Below, in pieces: positions 35,847 through 45,197 of a stretch of DNA of 64,000 bases. A program made the translations under genes and the position numbers. This DNA comes from Candidatus Krumholzibacteriia bacterium (GTDB lineage Bacteria > Krumholzibacteriota > Krumholzibacteriia > JAJRXK01). The notes under the pieces were generated by a model. That model was not told where the DNA came from, searched no databases, and saw only the letters and a list, made by a program, of their open reading frames with translations. Numbering within the stretch: the stretch's first letter is position 1; every line of letters starts with the position of its first letter. The stretch is taken from contig JBGPIA010000009.1 in the NCBI GenBank assembly GCA_041484665.1, forward strand, positions 32,001 through 96,000, in the 5' to 3' direction.

Positions 35847-37994
35847 ATGCAGTTCCTCAGCCCCATGTACCTGTTCGGGCTGCTGGCGGCTGGCATTCCC
35901 ATCCTGTTGCACTTCCTCAGCCGCCGTCGCCCGGTCGACATCCAGTTCGGGCCGCTGCGCTTCCTGCGCCCCACCCAGGAGCGGCAGATGCGCCGGCTGA
36001 GCCTGCGCCGGCTGCTGCTGCTGCTGCTGCGCGTGACGATCATCTGCCTGGTGGTGATGGCGGCCGCCCGGCCCACCCTCACCGGCGGGTTGGCGCGCCT
36101 GGCCCCCACCGGGCATGCGACCAGCGTGGTGGTCCTGGTGGACGCCAGCGCGAGCATGCAGGCGCAGCTCCAGAGGGGCACGATGTTCGATCGGGCGCGC
36201 ACCGAGGTCGCCGCGATCGTCGGCCAGCTGAGCGGCCAGGACGAGGTGGCGGTGGCGTTGTTCAGCGACGTGGTGCGGCCCTTATTCAGCGAGTTCGTCC
36301 GCGACGGCCAGCTGGTGCTGGCGCAGCTGCAGGAGGCCCGCCCCGACGACCGCGCCACCGACTACGTCACCGCGCTGTCCGGTGCCCTCGATCTGCTGGA
36401 GAAGGCCGGCTCGCCCTACCGCGAGATCTTCGTGGTCAGTGATTTCCAGGAGGCGGCGGCCGACAGCGTGCGGCTGGCTCGCCTGCACGAGCGGCTGCGC
36501 CAATCGCCGGGAACGACCGTGCTCCTGCGGGCCGTCAAGCCCGAGCCCTTCGTCAACCGCCAGGTCGCCGACGTGGAGCGGCCGGCCACCCTGCTGCGCG
36601 CCGGCGAGACCGCCGAGGTCGCCGTGCAGGTGCGCCAGGACGGCGACGCCGATCTCCCTGTGCAGCTCTTCCTGCAGGTGGGCGACGCCACCGTGGGCGA
36701 GACCGAGCTGCAGCTGGCTGCCCACGGCACGCGCCGCCACGGCTTCCCGCTCACGCTGCCCGCCGCGGGCGACCTGGCCGGATCGGCGCGATTGCGCCCC
36801 GACCGCTACCCACCCGACGACGAGCGGTTCTTCGTGCTGCCGGTCAGCCAACGGGTGAACGTCATGGTGCTGGCGGGGCTGGGGGCCGGTGACGGTGAGC
36901 GCGATCCGCTGCTGTTCCTGCGCGCGGGTCTAGACCCGGGGGAGAGCGGCGAAGGGGATTTCGCTCTGGAGGTCGTCCCGGCCGAGCGCATGGACGTCAC
37001 CCACCTGCAGCAGACCCGCGTGGTGGTTGGCACCGACATCATCGATCTGGGCGCGGCCCGCCTCGCGGCGCTGACGGACTACCTCAAGGCCGGTGGCACG
37101 ATGCTGTTGTTGTGCGGCGATCCGGGCGTGCGTGCCTACACCAACGAGAAGTTGCTGCCGTCGTGGACGGCGGCACGGCTGGGCCCGTTCCGCAACGGGC
37201 GGGAGGGGACGCAGCGGCTGATCGTCTCGGCGCGCGACCACCCCGTCTTCACCGGTTTCGAGGATGACGAGCTGGCAACCCTTGAGGAGGTCGAGCTGCG
37301 CAACTACTACCCGCTGCCCGAGACCGTGGGCCGCTCGCTGGTGCGCTTCGCCGACGGCGGAGCCGCGATCCTGGAGGTGGAGGTGGGGCTGGGTCGGGTG
37401 ATCCTGTGCGGCTTCCACACAGCGGCGACCGCGGGCAACCTGCCATACTCGCCGATGTTCCTGCCGCTGATGCAGCGACTGGCAGGCTACCTCGCGACGG
37501 CGGGCTGGTCACGTTACGGCCGGCAGGCCGAGGTCGGCTCGAGCCTGGCCGCGGAGGCTCCGCCCGGCATGAACCCCGGCGCCGTGTTGGAGGTCCGGCT
37601 GCCCGACGGCGCGACCGTTCCGGCCACCCTCAATGCCACGGTCACGCCGCCGCGCCTCGAGCTCGCCCTGGCCGAGGTGCCCGGGGCCTACACCTTCCTG
37701 GTGGACCACAAGCCGTGGGCCCTGTGCGCGGTCAACGTGCCCGGCAGCGAATCGGTGCGCCGCTTCCAGGAGCCCGAGGCGTTCCGCAAGCAGTACGGCG
37801 GCGGCGACGCCGCGCGGGTCACGGCGCTGGCGGGCGACTCGGCAGCAGAGGCGGTGCGGCAGGCGCGCCGCGGCTACGGCATCCATCGCTGGCTGCTCGC
37901 GCTGGCGGGGATTCTGCTCGTGATCGAGAGCCTGGTGGCGCGCCGCGTGGGCGCTGCGAACGCGGCGGCCGTGCTGCTGCTGGTCCTGCGCTGA
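35847..37994 (+). CDS. BatA N-terminal + VWA domain membrane protein
   Basis: MQFLSP…PILLH…LLLLLR…ARP; MIDAS DASASM; VSDFQ; C-terminal TM. Confidence 0.88.
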   Translation: MQFLSPMYLFGLLAAGIPILLHFLSRRRPVDIQFGPLRFLRPTQERQMRRLSLRRLLLLLLRVTIICLVVMAAARPTLTGGLARLAPTGHATSVVVLVDASASMQAQLQRGTMFDRARTEVAAIVGQLSGQDEVAVALFSDVVRPLFSEFVRDGQLVLAQLQEARPDDRATDYVTALSGALDLLEKAGSPYREIFVVSDFQEAAADSVRLARLHERLRQSPGTTVLLRAVKPEPFVNRQVADVERPATLLRAGETAEVAVQVRQDGDADLPVQLFLQVGDATVGETELQLAAHGTRRHGFPLTLPAAGDLAGSARLRPDRYPPDDERFFVLPVSQRVNVMVLAGLGAGDGERDPLLFLRAGLDPGESGEGDFALEVVPAERMDVTHLQQTRVVVGTDIIDLGAARLAALTDYLKAGGTMLLLCGDPGVRAYTNEKLLPSWTAARLGPFRNGREGTQRLIVSARDHPVFTGFEDDELATLEEVELRNYYPLPETVGRSLVRFADGGAAILEVEVGLGRVILCGFHTAATAGNLPYSPMFLPLMQRLAGYLATAGWSRYGRQAEVGSSLAAEAPPGMNPGAVLEVRLPDGATVPATLNATVTPPRLELALAEVPGAYTFLVDHKPWALCAVNVPGSESVRRFQEPEAFRKQYGGGDAARVTALAGDSAAEAVRQARRGYGIHRWLLALAGILLVIESLVARRVGAANAAAVLLLVLR

Positions 37995-38004
37995 GCGGGC
38001 CCCT

Positions 38005-39504
38005 GTGACCGTGCGGCGCCCGCGCACGCTGCTACTGCTCGCTCTCCCGGCGCTCGCCGCGCTGCCCGCGGCGTGGATGGGCTACACGCGCGAGGACTGG
38101 CTGCTCTTGTGGTCGGCCATGGACCCGCGCAGCGCGCCGCCGGGCGCCGCGGGTGTCTTCGCGCGGCCGCTAGCCGCGCTCGCCTGGCGCGCGGCCGTGG
38201 GCCTGGGCGGAGACCAACCGCGCGCCATGCACCTGCTGGCCTTCCTGCTGTCGCTGCTGCTGGCGCTAGCAGCCGCGTGGCTGGCGCGCCTGGTGCTGCC
38301 GCGCGCCCCGCGCGCGCCCTGGATCGCGGCGGCGGTGGTGGGAGTCCACGCCGCGCTGCTGGAGTGCCGGTTGTGGGCGGCCGCCTGCAACGGCCTGCTC
38401 GCCGCCGCGCTGGCGACGCTTGGCGCTTGCACCGCGGTGGCCGCGCTGCAGCCCGCTCGAGCGGGCGGTGCGCGCGCGGCGCTGCAGGCAGGCGCTGGCG
38501 TCGTGCTCGTGGCGCTGGGTGGGCTCGCCCGCGCGGATGCGTGGGGCGCGGCGTTGTGGATCGGCGCGGCGCTGCTGGCACGCGCGGCAAAAGCGCGGAG
38601 CGCCGACCTGACTCTCGCCGTGGACAGCACGGGGCATGCGCGAGGCGCGCTGCGCGTGGAGGGCCCGCGCAGGCGCGCGGCGCCGGCGGTGGCGGCGACC
38701 CTGGCGCTAACCGCGCTCGCGGCGACGGCGGCAGTGCTGCTGACCGCGCGCAGCCGCTTGTCCGGTGCGACGGAGCCGGCGCACCCGCTCGCGCATCCGT
38801 CCATGCCCGAGCTGGCGCACGCCGGGCAGCTCGCGCGGCTGCTGCTGGTCCCCTGGGGTGCGCCCCTGAACGCGGCTGCGGCGGCGGTGCTGGGGGCGAT
38901 CGCGATCGTGGCGCTGCCAGGCCTCGCCTGGCGACAGCGGTCGCAGCCGCTGCGGTCCGCGGGTCACATGCTGATCGCCGGCGTGCTGGGCGCCAGCTGC
39001 CTGCTCCCGATGCAGCCCGCCGGACGCTACGTGATCCTGCCGGCGGTCGCCTTGGGGCTCGCCGCCGCGGCGCTCGACGCCCGCGTGCAGGCCTGGCCGC
39101 GTGCGCTGCCGCGCGCGGGCTTCGCGCTCGCGCTAGGCGCGTGGCTGCTGTTGCACGTGGCCACCCCGTGGCTGGGCAGTTCGGCACACGAGCTCGCCGC
39201 GCGCGCCCAGGCCGAGACCGCGCTCTACCGGATGGTCCGCGCCGAGGGCACCGCGCGCGGCGTCGCCGAGCGCTTGGCGCTGATCGACGCCCCGCCCATG
39301 GGCTGGCGCTCCAGCGCCGGCGACGCCGAGAATGTCGTGAGCGCAGCACTTCGCCATCGTGTGGCGGTCGTGTTGCTGGACGCGAGCCAGCCTTTGGCAG
39401 CCGCGTTGCCGGCGCTGCGTTGGACGGCCGGGAGATGGGTCTGGCTGCGGACGCCCTCCGCGGACCCGCTGGCGCCGGCGGCCCGGGACAGGCTGACGAC
39501 GTGA
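38005..39504 (+). CDS. Hypothetical multi-TM membrane protein (possibly GT-C-like)
   Basis: About 11 hydrophobic helices; N-terminal YTREDW…FARPL; GRYVILP. Confidence 0.55.
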   Translation: MTVRRPRTLLLLALPALAALPAAWMGYTREDWLLLWSAMDPRSAPPGAAGVFARPLAALAWRAAVGLGGDQPRAMHLLAFLLSLLLALAAAWLARLVLPRAPRAPWIAAAVVGVHAALLECRLWAAACNGLLAAALATLGACTAVAALQPARAGGARAALQAGAGVVLVALGGLARADAWGAALWIGAALLARAAKARSADLTLAVDSTGHARGALRVEGPRRRAAPAVAATLALTALAATAAVLLTARSRLSGATEPAHPLAHPSMPELAHAGQLARLLLVPWGAPLNAAAAAVLGAIAIVALPGLAWRQRSQPLRSAGHMLIAGVLGASCLLPMQPAGRYVILPAVALGLAAAALDARVQAWPRALPRAGFALALGAWLLLHVATPWLGSSAHELAARAQAETALYRMVRAEGTARGVAERLALIDAPPMGWRSSAGDAENVVSAALRHRVAVVLLDASQPLAAALPALRWTAGRWVWLRTPSADPLAPAARDRLTT

Positions 39505-39971
39505 GCGCGCCGCCCGTGTCCAGCGCCACCGCGCTCCTGTTGCGCGACGGGCAAGTGCTGTTGCTGCGCCGCTCCGCCCACGTGGTAAGCCATGCCGGTC
39601 GCTGGTCGGCCGTCAGCGGCAAGCTGGAGGCTGGGGAGTCGCCGCTGGCGGCGGCATGGCGCGAGATCGCCGAGGAGACCGGGTTTGGCCAGGCAGAGCT
39701 CATCCTGCTCGCAGAGGGCACACCACGGCTGGTCGATGAGGCCCGCTGCGGGATCACCTGGCGGGTCCATCCGTTCCTGTTCGCGCTGCGCAGCGCACGG
39801 GCCCCGCGGCTCTGCGCCGAGCACGTGGAGGCGCGCTGGTGCCTGCCGCACGAGCTGGCGGCGCTGGACCCGGTGCCCGGTCTGGCCGCCGCGCTTGCGG
39901 AGCTGCTGCAGCGCGCCGGCCCGGCGGCGCGGGCGCGCCATGAACCGCTGCCGCCCGGTCCCTTGCGGTAG
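39501..39971 (+). CDS. NUDIX hydrolase
   Basis: GTGA overlap with the upstream stop; GKLEAGESPLAAAWREIAEETG Nudix box. Confidence 0.88.
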   Translation: MSAPPVSSATALLLRDGQVLLLRRSAHVVSHAGRWSAVSGKLEAGESPLAAAWREIAEETGFGQAELILLAEGTPRLVDEARCGITWRVHPFLFALRSARAPRLCAEHVEARWCLPHELAALDPVPGLAAALAELLQRAGPAARARHEPLPPGPLR

Positions 39972-40237
39972 AGGCCCTCGACCGCGTCGATGCGGCGGCC
40001 GCTCTTCAGCACCGCGTCCACGGGGGCGTCTTGAGTCGCACTACGCGGAGCACACCAGCGCGCCCGGCTCTTCCAGGGGAATCGGTCGAGGGGGGCTGGG
40101 AGCCAAGGCGCAGCTGCGCTATCATCGGGTCCGGCGGGCCGCCCGTGGCCCAACGATCGGCCCGTCAACCCGCGACGGCCCCACCCATGTCGTGGCCGGC
40201 CGCCTCCATCCCCCACGGACGCGCGAGCGCGACGCCC

Positions 40238-41413
40238 ATGGCAACGCCGACCATCTACCTCGACAACAATGCGACGACCCGTCTGGATCCCCAGGTGCTC
40301 GACGCCATGCTTCCCTTCCTGCGCGAGCACTTCGGCAATGCCAGCAGCCGTCACCACGTGGGGGCTGCGGCCGCGGCGGCCGTCTCGGCCGCGCGGCGCG
40401 CCGTGGCGCAAGTGCTGGGGGCGCAGCCAGGCGAAGTGGTGTTCACCAGCGGAGGCACGGAGGCGGACAACCTCGCCATCCGCGGCGCCGTGCGCGCCGC
40501 CCCACGCCCGCGCCACGTCGTGACCACGGCCGTGGAGCATCCGGCGGTGCTGGAGACCTGCGAGGACCTGGCGCACCAGGGTGACTGCGAGCTCACCGTG
40601 CTGGGAGTCGACGCGCAGGGCGGGCTGGACCTCGAGGCGCTGCAGGCCGCGCTGCGTCCCGGCCGGACCTGCCTGGTCAGCGCGATGTGGGCCAACAACG
40701 AGACCGGGGTGTTGTTCCCGATCGGGGAGATCGGCGCGCGCGCGCGCGCCGCTGGGGCGCTCTTCCACGTCGATGCGGTGCAGGCGGCGGGCAAGCTGCC
40801 CATCGACTTCGCGAGCCTGCCCGTCGATCTGCTCAGCGTGGCGGCGCACAAGCTCCACGGTCCCAAGGGCAGCGGCGCCTTGCTGGTGCGGCGTGGCGTA
40901 ACGCTGGCTCCCATGGTCACCGGCGGCGGGCAGGAGCAGGGCCGCCGCTCGGGCACGCTGCACCCCGCGGCCGCCGTCGGGCTTGCCCGCGCGCTGGAGC
41001 TGGCGGTCGCCGTGCTGCCGCAGGCGAGCCGCCGTATGGCGGAGCTGCGAGACCTGCTGCAGCAGCAGCTCGCGCAGCGCGTCCCGGGGCTGCAGGTCAC
41101 CGGCGAGGGCGCGCAGCGCCTGCCCACCACCCTGCACGTCACCCTCGAGGTGGAGGCGGAGGCCCTGCTGCTGCTCCTGGACCGCGAAGGCGTCGCGGCC
41201 TCGGCGGGCTCGGCCTGCAGCTCGGGGGCGCATCTGCCCAGCCCCGTGCTGACGGCCATGGGTGTCGCGCCTTCGCGCGCGCACGGCGGCGTGCGCTTCT
41301 CCCTCTCGCGCGAGACCACGCGCGATGAGATCGAGCGCGTGGTGCGGGTCATGCCGCCGCTGGTGGAGCGGTTGGCGGCCTTGGCGCGGACGGCCGGGGC
41401 GTCGAGCGCCTAG
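40238..41413 (+). CDS. iscS: Cysteine desulfurase (IscS/NifS family)
   Basis: YLDNNATT, FTSGGTEADN, NNETG, HVDAVQ, AHKLHGPKG, SAGSACSSG. Confidence 0.9.
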   Translation: MATPTIYLDNNATTRLDPQVLDAMLPFLREHFGNASSRHHVGAAAAAAVSAARRAVAQVLGAQPGEVVFTSGGTEADNLAIRGAVRAAPRPRHVVTTAVEHPAVLETCEDLAHQGDCELTVLGVDAQGGLDLEALQAALRPGRTCLVSAMWANNETGVLFPIGEIGARARAAGALFHVDAVQAAGKLPIDFASLPVDLLSVAAHKLHGPKGSGALLVRRGVTLAPMVTGGGQEQGRRSGTLHPAAAVGLARALELAVAVLPQASRRMAELRDLLQQQLAQRVPGLQVTGEGAQRLPTTLHVTLEVEAEALLLLLDREGVAASAGSACSSGAHLPSPVLTAMGVAPSRAHGGVRFSLSRETTRDEIERVVRVMPPLVERLAALARTAGASSA

Positions 41414-41575
41414 GGCGCCGCCCAAAACCACCCCACGCTGCGCGCTGAGAGGGCGCCGACCACGCCCTCGGCGGTGCCGGGCCCGCGCGCCGGCTGCGCG
41501 TCCCTGGTTGTCGCGCGGGCGAGCTGCATCTACCTTCCTGCGGTTGGTCCTGCGGATGGGGGACCGGCCATTGCC

Positions 41576-44500
41576 ATGCGCGACACCACGGCGCCCGCAC
41601 ATCCTATCGCCGCCACGTCTGCGCCGGCTCCTGGCGATGCGGCGGTCTCCGCGCAGGAGTTGCAGCAAGCGCTGGACGGCGTCCGCGCGGTCGAGCCGCT
41701 CTGGCCGCTCCTGCTCCAGGAACAACCGCTGGCGGTCTCCGGACTGCGCGGGAGCGCCGCCGCGTACCTGATCGCGGCGCTGTACCGGGAGCGTCCCGAC
41801 ACCTGGCTGCTGGTGGCGCCCGACCTGCAATCGGCCGAAGCGCTGTGCGACGACCTCGAGACCTGGGGTGTGGGCGCGGTCCACTACCTGTCCGAGCTTG
41901 AGATCCTCCCGTTCGACCGCAAGTCGCCCACCCGCGAGCTCACCGCCACGATCCAGGCCGGGTTGGACCGCCTCGACCGCGGTGAGCCGGGGCTCTACGT
42001 CACGACCGTCTACGGGCTGCGGCACAAGGTCATGGGACGCGACGTGATGCGCCGCAACCGCATCGCGCTGCGGGCCGGCCAGACCCTGCGCACCGAGGAG
42101 CTCGCGCAGCAGCTGGCCCACCTGGGCTACCGTCCCTGCGGCCTGGTGGAGATCCCCGGCGACTTCGCCCTGCGCGGCGGGCTGATCGACGTGTACTCGC
42201 CCAGCCACGAGCTGCCCCTGCGCATCGAGCTGCTCGGCGACCAGGTCGAGTCGATCCGCACCTTCGAGCCGATCGACCAGCGCAGCCGCCAGCTGCTGAC
42301 CGCGGCGACGATCATCCCGGCCGCGCCGCTGGTGGCCGACGACGACACGCTGCTCAACGCGCTGGCGCGCGTGGAGAGCATGGCCGAGATCCCGCCCGAC
42401 GACCGCACGCACCTGCTGGACCGGTTGCAGGACAGGTTGCACTTCACGGGCATCGAGGGGCTCGCCCCCTTCTTCCATCCGCAGGAGACCTATCTCGACT
42501 ACCTGCCCGACGGAGCGACGCTGGTCTGGCTCGCCCCCGACGACCTGGCGCGGCGCAGCGAGGAGCTCGACCTGGAGACCGCCCGCGTGCGCGCCGACCG
42601 CATCCGGCGCGGCGATCCCGTGCCGAGGGCGGAGGAGCTCATGGCACCGGCCGAGGAGCTGGCGCGCCATGCCCTGCGCCTGCGGCCGCTCTGGCTGGCA
42701 GAGGTCGTGCTGCCAGGCGCAGCGCCCACGCCGCTGGGTCCGGGGGCGCACGACGCGCTGGTGCGAGTGCAGACGCACGGGCAGGAGCGGGGCAACGGAG
42801 ACGTCGCGGCGCTGCTGGCCACGGCCGCGCGCTGCATCCAGGAACGATCACGAGCGCTGTTGTTCTGCGACAACCGCGGCCAGGTGCAGCGCCTGGGCGA
42901 GCTGATCGAGGAGCAGGACCCCGCCCTCTCCACCGCGCGTCCCAGCCTGCGCGTCGGCCTGCTGACGGGGGGCTTCGTGTGGACGCAGGCGCGGCTCGCC
43001 TGCTTCACCGATCACGAGCTGTTCGACCGCTACCACCGCCGCGCCCGCAAGCCGCGCTTCCGCGGCGCGGGGCGCGTCTGTGATCCGACGGCGCTGCGCC
43101 CCGCAGACTACGTCGTGCACGTCGACCACGGCATCGGGCGCTTTCTGGGACTGCGCGTCATCACCGCCGAGGGGATCCGCAGCGAGTGCCTGCTGCTGGA
43201 GTACGCCGACGGCGACCGACTCTACCTGCCGACGGCCAACCTGCTGCTCCTGGAGCGCTACGAGGTGAGCGAGGGGCAAGAGCCCCAGCTGCACAAGCTG
43301 GGCAGCGGGCAGTGGGAGCGGACCAAGACCCGCGCCCGCAAGGCGATCGCCGCCACCGCCCAGGAGCTGCTCGCGCTCTACGCCGCGCGGGCCCTGCTGC
43401 CGGGCGTCGCCTTCCCACACGACGACCACCTGCAGCAGGAGATGGAGAGCTCGTTCATCCACGAGGAGACGCCCGACCAGCTCGCGGCCGTGGGCGCCGT
43501 CAAGGGCGACATGGAGCAGCCGCGCCCGATGGACCGCCTGCTGTGCGGCGACGTGGGCTTCGGCAAGACCGAGGTGGCGATCCGTGCGGCGTTCAAGGCG
43601 GTCATGGCCGGCCACCAGGTGGCGCTGTTGTGCCCCACGACCATCCTGGCCGAGCAGCACGGAACCACCTTCACCGAGCGCCTGCGCGACTACCCCGTGA
43701 ACCTGGCGGTGATCAGCCGCTTCCGCTCGCCCAAGGAGCAGAAGGCGATCCTGCAGCGCTTGCGCGAGGGCTGCATCGACATCCTGATTGGAACCCATCG
43801 CTTGCTGCAACGCGACGTCGAGTTCCGCAAGCTCGGTCTGCTCGTGATCGACGAGGAGCACCGCTTCGGCGTGCGCGCCAAGGAGCGCCTCAAGGCGATG
43901 CGCAAGGAGGTGGACGTGCTGTCCATGACCGCCACCCCCATCCCGCGCACGCTGCACCTGGCGTTGATGGGGGCGCGGGACATGTCCATCATCGCCACGC
44001 CGCCCCGCGATCGCCTTCCCATCCACACCGAGGTGGTGCCCTTCTCCGAGGAGATGATCGAGGAGGCGATCCTGCGCGAGATGCACCGCGGCGGGCAGGT
44101 CTTCTTCGTGCACAACCGGGTCGAGACCATCGACGCCATGGCCGGGATCGTCGGCCGCATCGTGCCCACCGCCCGCATCGCGGTGGCCCACGGTCAGATG
44201 GTCGAGGCGCAGCTCGAGACGATCATGCGCGACTTCCTGAGCCGAGCGCACGACGTGCTGGTCTCGACCATGATCATCGAGAGCGGGCTGGACATGCCCA
44301 ACGTGAACACCATCCTGATCGACCGCGCCGACCGCCTGGGGTTGAGCCAGCTCCACCAGCTGCGCGGCCGCGTCGGGCGCAGCCGCCACCGGGCCTACGC
44401 GTACCTGATGGTGCCGTCGGGGGAGACGCTGGCCCAGGACGCCCGGCGGCGCCTGGCCGCCATCGAGGAGTTCACCGACCTGGGCAGCGGCTACCACGTC

Positions 44501-45103
44501 GCGATGCGCGACCTGGAGATCCGCGGCGCCGGGAACATCCTGGGCGAGGCCCAGCACGGCCACATCACTGCGATCGGCTTCGATCTCTACTGCAAGCTGC
44601 TCGAGGAGGAGATCCTCGAGCTGAAAGGGGAGGGCCGGCCCAAGCTGCACGAGGTCCAGGTCGACCTGAAGGTTCCGGCATTCTTGCCCGACGAGTACGT
44701 GGCCGACCCGCAGGAGAAGATACGCTGCTACCGCGAGCTGTCCCGGGTGGAGGACGAACGTGCCCTCGACGGGCTGGTGGAGGAGCTGCGGGACCGTTTC
44801 GGGCGGCCTCCCGCCGAGGCGCGCAATCTGGCGGACGTCACCCGCATCAAGCTGCGGGCGCTGGCCACCGGCGTGGCGGACGTGCGCGGCGGGCGCAAGG
44901 GCGTGCGGATGCTTTTCAGTAGCGACCGCCAGCCCGGCTCCTCTATCCTCAGACGCTTGATCGGAACCGGAGTGCCGAGGCTGACGTTCAACGCAGTCGA
45001 CCGACTGACGATGACCGTGGAGGCGCCTCGGGAGGAATGGATCGCGGCCGTCCTCGCCGTGCTCGGGCAGCTCGCGGACCTGATGGCCGGAGCCGCAGCC
45101 TAG
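41576..45103 (+). CDS. mfd: Transcription-repair coupling factor
   Basis: VVHVDHGIGRF, GDVGFGKTEVA, DEEHRFG, TATPIPRT, QLRGRVGR, RDLEIRGAGN, TRCF C-terminal domain. Confidence 0.97.
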   Translation: MRDTTAPAHPIAATSAPAPGDAAVSAQELQQALDGVRAVEPLWPLLLQEQPLAVSGLRGSAAAYLIAALYRERPDTWLLVAPDLQSAEALCDDLETWGVGAVHYLSELEILPFDRKSPTRELTATIQAGLDRLDRGEPGLYVTTVYGLRHKVMGRDVMRRNRIALRAGQTLRTEELAQQLAHLGYRPCGLVEIPGDFALRGGLIDVYSPSHELPLRIELLGDQVESIRTFEPIDQRSRQLLTAATIIPAAPLVADDDTLLNALARVESMAEIPPDDRTHLLDRLQDRLHFTGIEGLAPFFHPQETYLDYLPDGATLVWLAPDDLARRSEELDLETARVRADRIRRGDPVPRAEELMAPAEELARHALRLRPLWLAEVVLPGAAPTPLGPGAHDALVRVQTHGQERGNGDVAALLATAARCIQERSRALLFCDNRGQVQRLGELIEEQDPALSTARPSLRVGLLTGGFVWTQARLACFTDHELFDRYHRRARKPRFRGAGRVCDPTALRPADYVVHVDHGIGRFLGLRVITAEGIRSECLLLEYADGDRLYLPTANLLLLERYEVSEGQEPQLHKLGSGQWERTKTRARKAIAATAQELLALYAARALLPGVAFPHDDHLQQEMESSFIHEETPDQLAAVGAVKGDMEQPRPMDRLLCGDVGFGKTEVAIRAAFKAVMAGHQVALLCPTTILAEQHGTTFTERLRDYPVNLAVISRFRSPKEQKAILQRLREGCIDILIGTHRLLQRDVEFRKLGLLVIDEEHRFGVRAKERLKAMRKEVDVLSMTATPIPRTLHLALMGARDMSIIATPPRDRLPIHTEVVPFSEEMIEEAILREMHRGGQVFFVHNRVETIDAMAGIVGRIVPTARIAVAHGQMVEAQLETIMRDFLSRAHDVLVSTMIIESGLDMPNVNTILIDRADRLGLSQLHQLRGRVGRSRHRAYAYLMVPSGETLAQDARRRLAAIEEFTDLGSGYHVAMRDLEIRGAGNILGEAQHGHITAIGFDLYCKLLEEEILELKGEGRPKLHEVQVDLKVPAFLPDEYVADPQEKIRCYRELSRVEDERALDGLVEELRDRFGRPPAEARNLADVTRIKLRALATGVADVRGGRKGVRMLFSSDRQPGSSILRRLIGTGVPRLTFNAVDRLTMTVEAPREEWIAAVLAVLGQLADLMAGAAA

Positions 45104-45197
45104 TCCGGCGGGGGCCTCCCGTGCGCCGCCACCCGGCTTGCGACACTTCGAGTGTCCCAGCGTGGATCGGCGCCCACCCACCATCCCAGGAGTTGAC

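Noticed and set aside
37874..42778. 1634-aa minus-strand ORF
   Set aside because: Antisense shadow of the membrane protein, NUDIX, cysteine desulfurase and mfd genes. It is Arg/Ala/Pro-rich with no motifs, as expected at high GC.
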